Positions 60,880 to 64,000 of a stretch of 64,000 bases of DNA are shown in pieces (positions within the stretch are counted from its first letter, which is position 1; each line of letters opens with the position of its first letter). A model generated the notes under the pieces. That model saw only the letters and a program-made list of their open reading frames with translations, was not told the origin of the DNA and ran no database searches. Where the stretch lies: positions 96,001 through 160,000 of IMG/VR virus record IMGVR_UViG_3300014203_000001, one strand, 5' to 3'. The stretch comes from a virus. Its lineage: Duplodnaviria > Caudoviricetes. The position numbers were made by a program, and so were the translations under genes.

Positions 60880-61759
60880 AATATTTCTGATCGAATACGA
60901 TGGTGAGGAAAAAGCATTCACCTCTAAAGAGAAATATGAAGAGTATATGAAAACAATAGAAAAAACTGGTATAGTTCAAACTAGAGAGATTGAACTGAAT
61001 CCAGATATCCCAACCTTATACAAATACGTATGTGTCTATGGTCCTCTTTTGGAACCATTAGAAGCAGGAGAAATATCATATGATAAGTGCAGAGACAATC
61101 CAGATCTTCCTATGACCACTTTCTTTAAACTATCTAAAGATAAACCTAATATTGATATTGAGTATTCTTTAGAAAAAGTTAAAGAAGAAGATAATTCAGA
61201 CACATTTGATTATTGTGTGATTGTTCCACTTACAGACGAGTCGGATAGTGATATAACTGAAATATGTAACGAAATATATACTTCTATAATGGGTAGATCT
61301 TCAAAGTATTTATACGACGATGCCAATTCTATTACCTCTCATGTATCCATTGTATCGGCACCTTCATTATTACCAGAGGAGGATGCCAAGTATCTATCCA
61401 CTTTATTATACAATAATTTACAGTTTATGGAATATCCAGATAGGGGAATTACAAGTAAGTTCGTTTTAAGAGTATCATCAAATAGTGAGATTAATGATAA
61501 AATCGAAAAGATTATGACTGAAACTATGCCTAATGAAAACGTATTTGAGCTAGTTCATTTTCGCAGAGATGAAGAAAAACTAGACGGCAGAGTTAGTCAC
61601 ATTAGCTGTTCATTGGATGGATATACAATAGCTCCTACATATATATCCCTAACGTTTAGATCTAAAAGATCTCAATATTCTGGTATTGGTACTACTTTAG
61701 AAGAAGTGTTAGAGTTATATGAGCCTAACAAACAAACGCAGCAAAACTTATTTGAGTGA
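60872..61759 (+). CDS. Hypothetical acidic protein
   Basis: 295 aa, overlapping start, AGGAG RBS. Confidence 0.8.
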   Translation: MNKIFLIEYDGEEKAFTSKEKYEEYMKTIEKTGIVQTREIELNPDIPTLYKYVCVYGPLLEPLEAGEISYDKCRDNPDLPMTTFFKLSKDKPNIDIEYSLEKVKEEDNSDTFDYCVIVPLTDESDSDITEICNEIYTSIMGRSSKYLYDDANSITSHVSIVSAPSLLPEEDAKYLSTLLYNNLQFMEYPDRGITSKFVLRVSSNSEINDKIEKIMTETMPNENVFELVHFRRDEEKLDGRVSHISCSLDGYTIAPTYISLTFRSKRSQYSGIGTTLEEVLELYEPNKQTQQNLFE

Positions 61760-61811
61760 TATATTATAAACATGAATAAACTATATTATATATTAAAGGG
61801 AGAGATTTATT

Positions 61812-62177
61812 ATGAAAAAGATCAGTCTATTGTTAATGGTACTTGTGTGTTATCTTAGTCTATCGTTAGGAGTTGTTAGTGCACAACATTTTAATTATGA
61901 TGAAGCTGTGCAAATTGCTAGTGGGCAATGGTATAACACAAGTAATGGAAAAACAAGTAACTTTATCTGGCAAGCTGGTGGAGAATGCAATATTGTTAAT
62001 GGCAAAGGCTATACCGATCCCAATGGAGAAAGCTTGATTTTCTTTGACGATAAGGGAACTCCAGCATATCTTAGAGTTACATATTATCCAGACCAAGATA
62101 AGTATTATGCAGCTATTGCAGTGTATGATAGAAACAGAGTAGCATGGTGTGTAATAAATAATAGTTTATCGAAGTAA
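61812..62177 (+). CDS. Secreted early protein
   Basis: Sec-type signal MKKISLLLMVLVCYLSLSLGVVSA|Q; early motif 61760-61775. Confidence 0.75.
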   Translation: MKKISLLLMVLVCYLSLSLGVVSAQHFNYDEAVQIASGQWYNTSNGKTSNFIWQAGGECNIVNGKGYTDPNGESLIFFDDKGTPAYLRVTYYPDQDKYYAAIAVYDRNRVAWCVINNSLSK

Positions 62178-62329
62178 TAAATATAAGAGATAGCAAATTG
62201 CTATCTCTTTCTTTTTGTTTATCTTATATTTCAATCAGTATTATAATTTTCAGGTATATATTATATATGTGAATAAAGTATACAATATACTTATTATATA
62301 AAAATATTTAAGAGGAGAGGGTTATTAAA

Positions 62330-62593
62330 ATGATTCACATTAATGAAAATCGTAAAACTGGATATCGCGAATGGGGAGTTAAAGATGTAAAGCAGCTCAT
62401 ACTGGATAGAAATATTAGGTTTAAAAATGGTAACAATCTAACCGATGAAGAATGCTTTAAAGTCTTGAAATTAGCACTCAATCGAAACGATGATAACGAA
62501 GGTATAAATTATGATGTTCTAGAGTTCTGGTTATTCAGTTTGTTTCGTTCACGTATTATCAATGCACGATCTATACATGGATGGTATCGATAA
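62330..62593 (+). CDS. Small early protein (DV...LTDEE family, copy 1)
   Basis: W..KDV...LTDEEC..VL; early motif 62257-62272. Confidence 0.75.
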   Translation: MIHINENRKTGYREWGVKDVKQLILDRNIRFKNGNNLTDEECFKVLKLALNRNDDNEGINYDVLEFWLFSLFRSRIINARSIHGWYR

Positions 62594-62746
62594 TATACGG
62601 AAGGGAATGATAGTTATAATAAAATCTGATATAGAATATATTTATCTATCAGTGCCTTAAAAAATAAAGAATGAAGTTTGTATACTTGTTCTTTATTTTT
62701 TGATTATATATTATATAAGTGAATAATGTATAAGGAGGTTAAGATA

Positions 62747-63034
62747 ATGATTAATATTGATAGGAAGAAGGGAACTGTATCTCTTGAAGTATCGATATCA
62801 GATATAAGGAGAAATCTAGAGAAGAGTAAACTAAATGTAAATCTATCAGACAATGAGTATATAAATATTATAGCTAAAGCTCTTACTTCATTCGAGAAAG
62901 GGCATGAGTCAACTGCGGTCTTAGGAATTAATGGAATGGTAAACTTCTATTTATATTCAGAAGGTATAAATAAAAAGAACAAAAAGTTATTAGAGATATC
63001 AACGAGAGCAAAAGGATTTAAAGGAGAGATATAA
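62747..63034 (+). CDS. Small early protein (copy 2)
   Basis: VSISDIRR...LSDNE; early motif 62707-62722. Confidence 0.75.
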   Translation: MINIDRKKGTVSLEVSISDIRRNLEKSKLNVNLSDNEYINIIAKALTSFEKGHESTAVLGINGMVNFYLYSEGINKKNKKLLEISTRAKGFKGEI

Positions 63035-63038
63035 GTCA

Positions 63039-63314
63039 ATGGTAACAATAGACGAAGTAAAAGGATCAGTATCGATAACAGTTTCAATAGAAGATGTAAG
63101 AAGAATATTTCATAAAATAGAGAGATTGCACAAAAGAGAACTAACGGATGAGCAATGTAAAAATATACTTACTAAGTTAGCTATTCAAATAGAAGAAGGG
63201 AAAAGAATGGGAGATACTATAGTATATCCTTCTATGGATATACTAATATATGGTATGCTTTTAGATATACTAGACGATAATCAAAAGATAAAAGAAGGTG
63301 ATAAAAATGAATAA
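63039..63314 (+). CDS. Small early protein (copy 3)
   Basis: VSIEDVRR...LTDEQC. Confidence 0.75.
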   Translation: MVTIDEVKGSVSITVSIEDVRRIFHKIERLHKRELTDEQCKNILTKLAIQIEEGKRMGDTIVYPSMDILIYGMLLDILDDNQKIKEGDKNE

Positions 63315-63675
63315 TATAGATCAGATGGGATTATATGAAGTTTGCATGATGTTGGGGTGTAGAAAGAGGATAGTTACTCTTTCTATTGCTTCACATACTA
63401 ATATATCAGATCCTATTGGATATGCTACTGTCATTCCAGATAATGAACTTTCACAAATATTTGCTTTTTGTACAGAAACGGAACCATCTTCATTGCTAGA
63501 TGATTTAATGATTGGGATGCGTATGCGAAAACAATACTATCCAGAAGCGTTTCATATCTACTGCAAGATAAATAATTTATCTTACGACAATCCAGATATT
63601 TTTACAGATGAGGATAGAGCTAGAGGAGAATTAATGTATAGTGAAATACTTAGAAGATTAGGAAATCTATCATAA
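63307..63675 (+). CDS. Hypothetical protein
   Basis: AAGGTG RBS, overlap coupling, hairpin 63674-63703. Confidence 0.7.
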   Translation: MNNIDQMGLYEVCMMLGCRKRIVTLSIASHTNISDPIGYATVIPDNELSQIFAFCTETEPSSLLDDLMIGMRMRKQYYPEAFHIYCKINNLSYDNPDIFTDEDRARGELMYSEILRRLGNLS

Positions 63676-63758
63676 AAGAAAGAGGTTATTACCTCTTTCT
63701 TTTTTATCAAATAGTATGAGTTTACATCATTATAATTGAAGAAGGGGGAGGGATTATA

Positions 63759-64000
63759 ATGGATGATGTATATATGATTTCATTTAATAATGTAAGCAAA
63801 CCAAATAATACGATATGTATAAACGGAATCAATTTCCTTATAAATGAAACTTTTTTACTAATAGCGAGTAAACCTATTCCTAAGAATAGTAAAACATATT
63901 TTGAATTTACTATCAATTCGTATAGTAACGTTACAGGTTATCACAATATGCCCATATATGTAGGGATACATAAAGAACCTGCATTTGGAGTACTAAATTC
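63759..64000 (+). CDS. Late gene, 3' truncated; possible SPRY/concanavalin-like domain
   Basis: GGGGGAGGG RBS, TACA-N6-TA at 63723-63734, MDDVYM...SKTYFEFTI...IYVGI open to the window end. Confidence 0.6.
   Translation, partial: MDDVYMISFNNVSKPNNTICINGINFLINETFLLIASKPIPKNSKTYFEFTINSYSNVTGYHNMPIYVGIHKEPAFGVLN

Noticed and set aside
1-64000. Stop-codon reassignment, tRNA or rRNA genes
   Set aside because: TAA, TAG and TGA all end well-supported genes and long ORFs are intact in code 11; no cloverleaf or rRNA-like sequence was recognised by eye (tRNAscan not run).

Overview
AT-rich 64 kb segment of a jumbo phage of the phiKZ/AR9(PBS1)-like lineage, probably infecting a Firmicutes host (strong GGAGG/GGGG SD sites, IS1341-type TnpB). 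It encodes three split multisubunit RNA polymerase subunits: a ~1485-aa beta, a ~409-aa beta'-C, and a beta'-N with DYDGD that is interrupted by a 483-nt ORF-less group I intron. Also present: a >3176-aa tape-measure-like ORF with a C39-like peptidase domain (missed by the ORF track, runs off the left edge), baseplate and fibre genes, a probable lysis cluster, TMK, ThyX, RNase H, a protein-kinase-like gene, SLOG proteins and many small hypothetical genes. Two promoter classes can be read directly: TATATTAT-N5-TG(A) (13 copies, early-type) and (A/T/G)AC(A/T)-N6-TA (late-type, AR9-like). About 25 long, near-perfect intergenic palindromes occur. Using this promoter grammar exposes several unannotated non-coding units: (i) three tandem ~167-bp promoter/hairpin units at 19981-20505 (candidate origin or short-RNA array); (ii) a ~210-nt structured RNA carrying several anti-SD tracts, one a 13-nt complement of the RNase H RBS; (iii) a ~90-nt RNA at 48525-48616; (iv) a TnpB whose omega-RNA seems decoupled from the ORF and placed under its own phage promoter (candidate domesticated RNA-guided nuclease). 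All family assignments come from motif recognition by eye; no database search was run.
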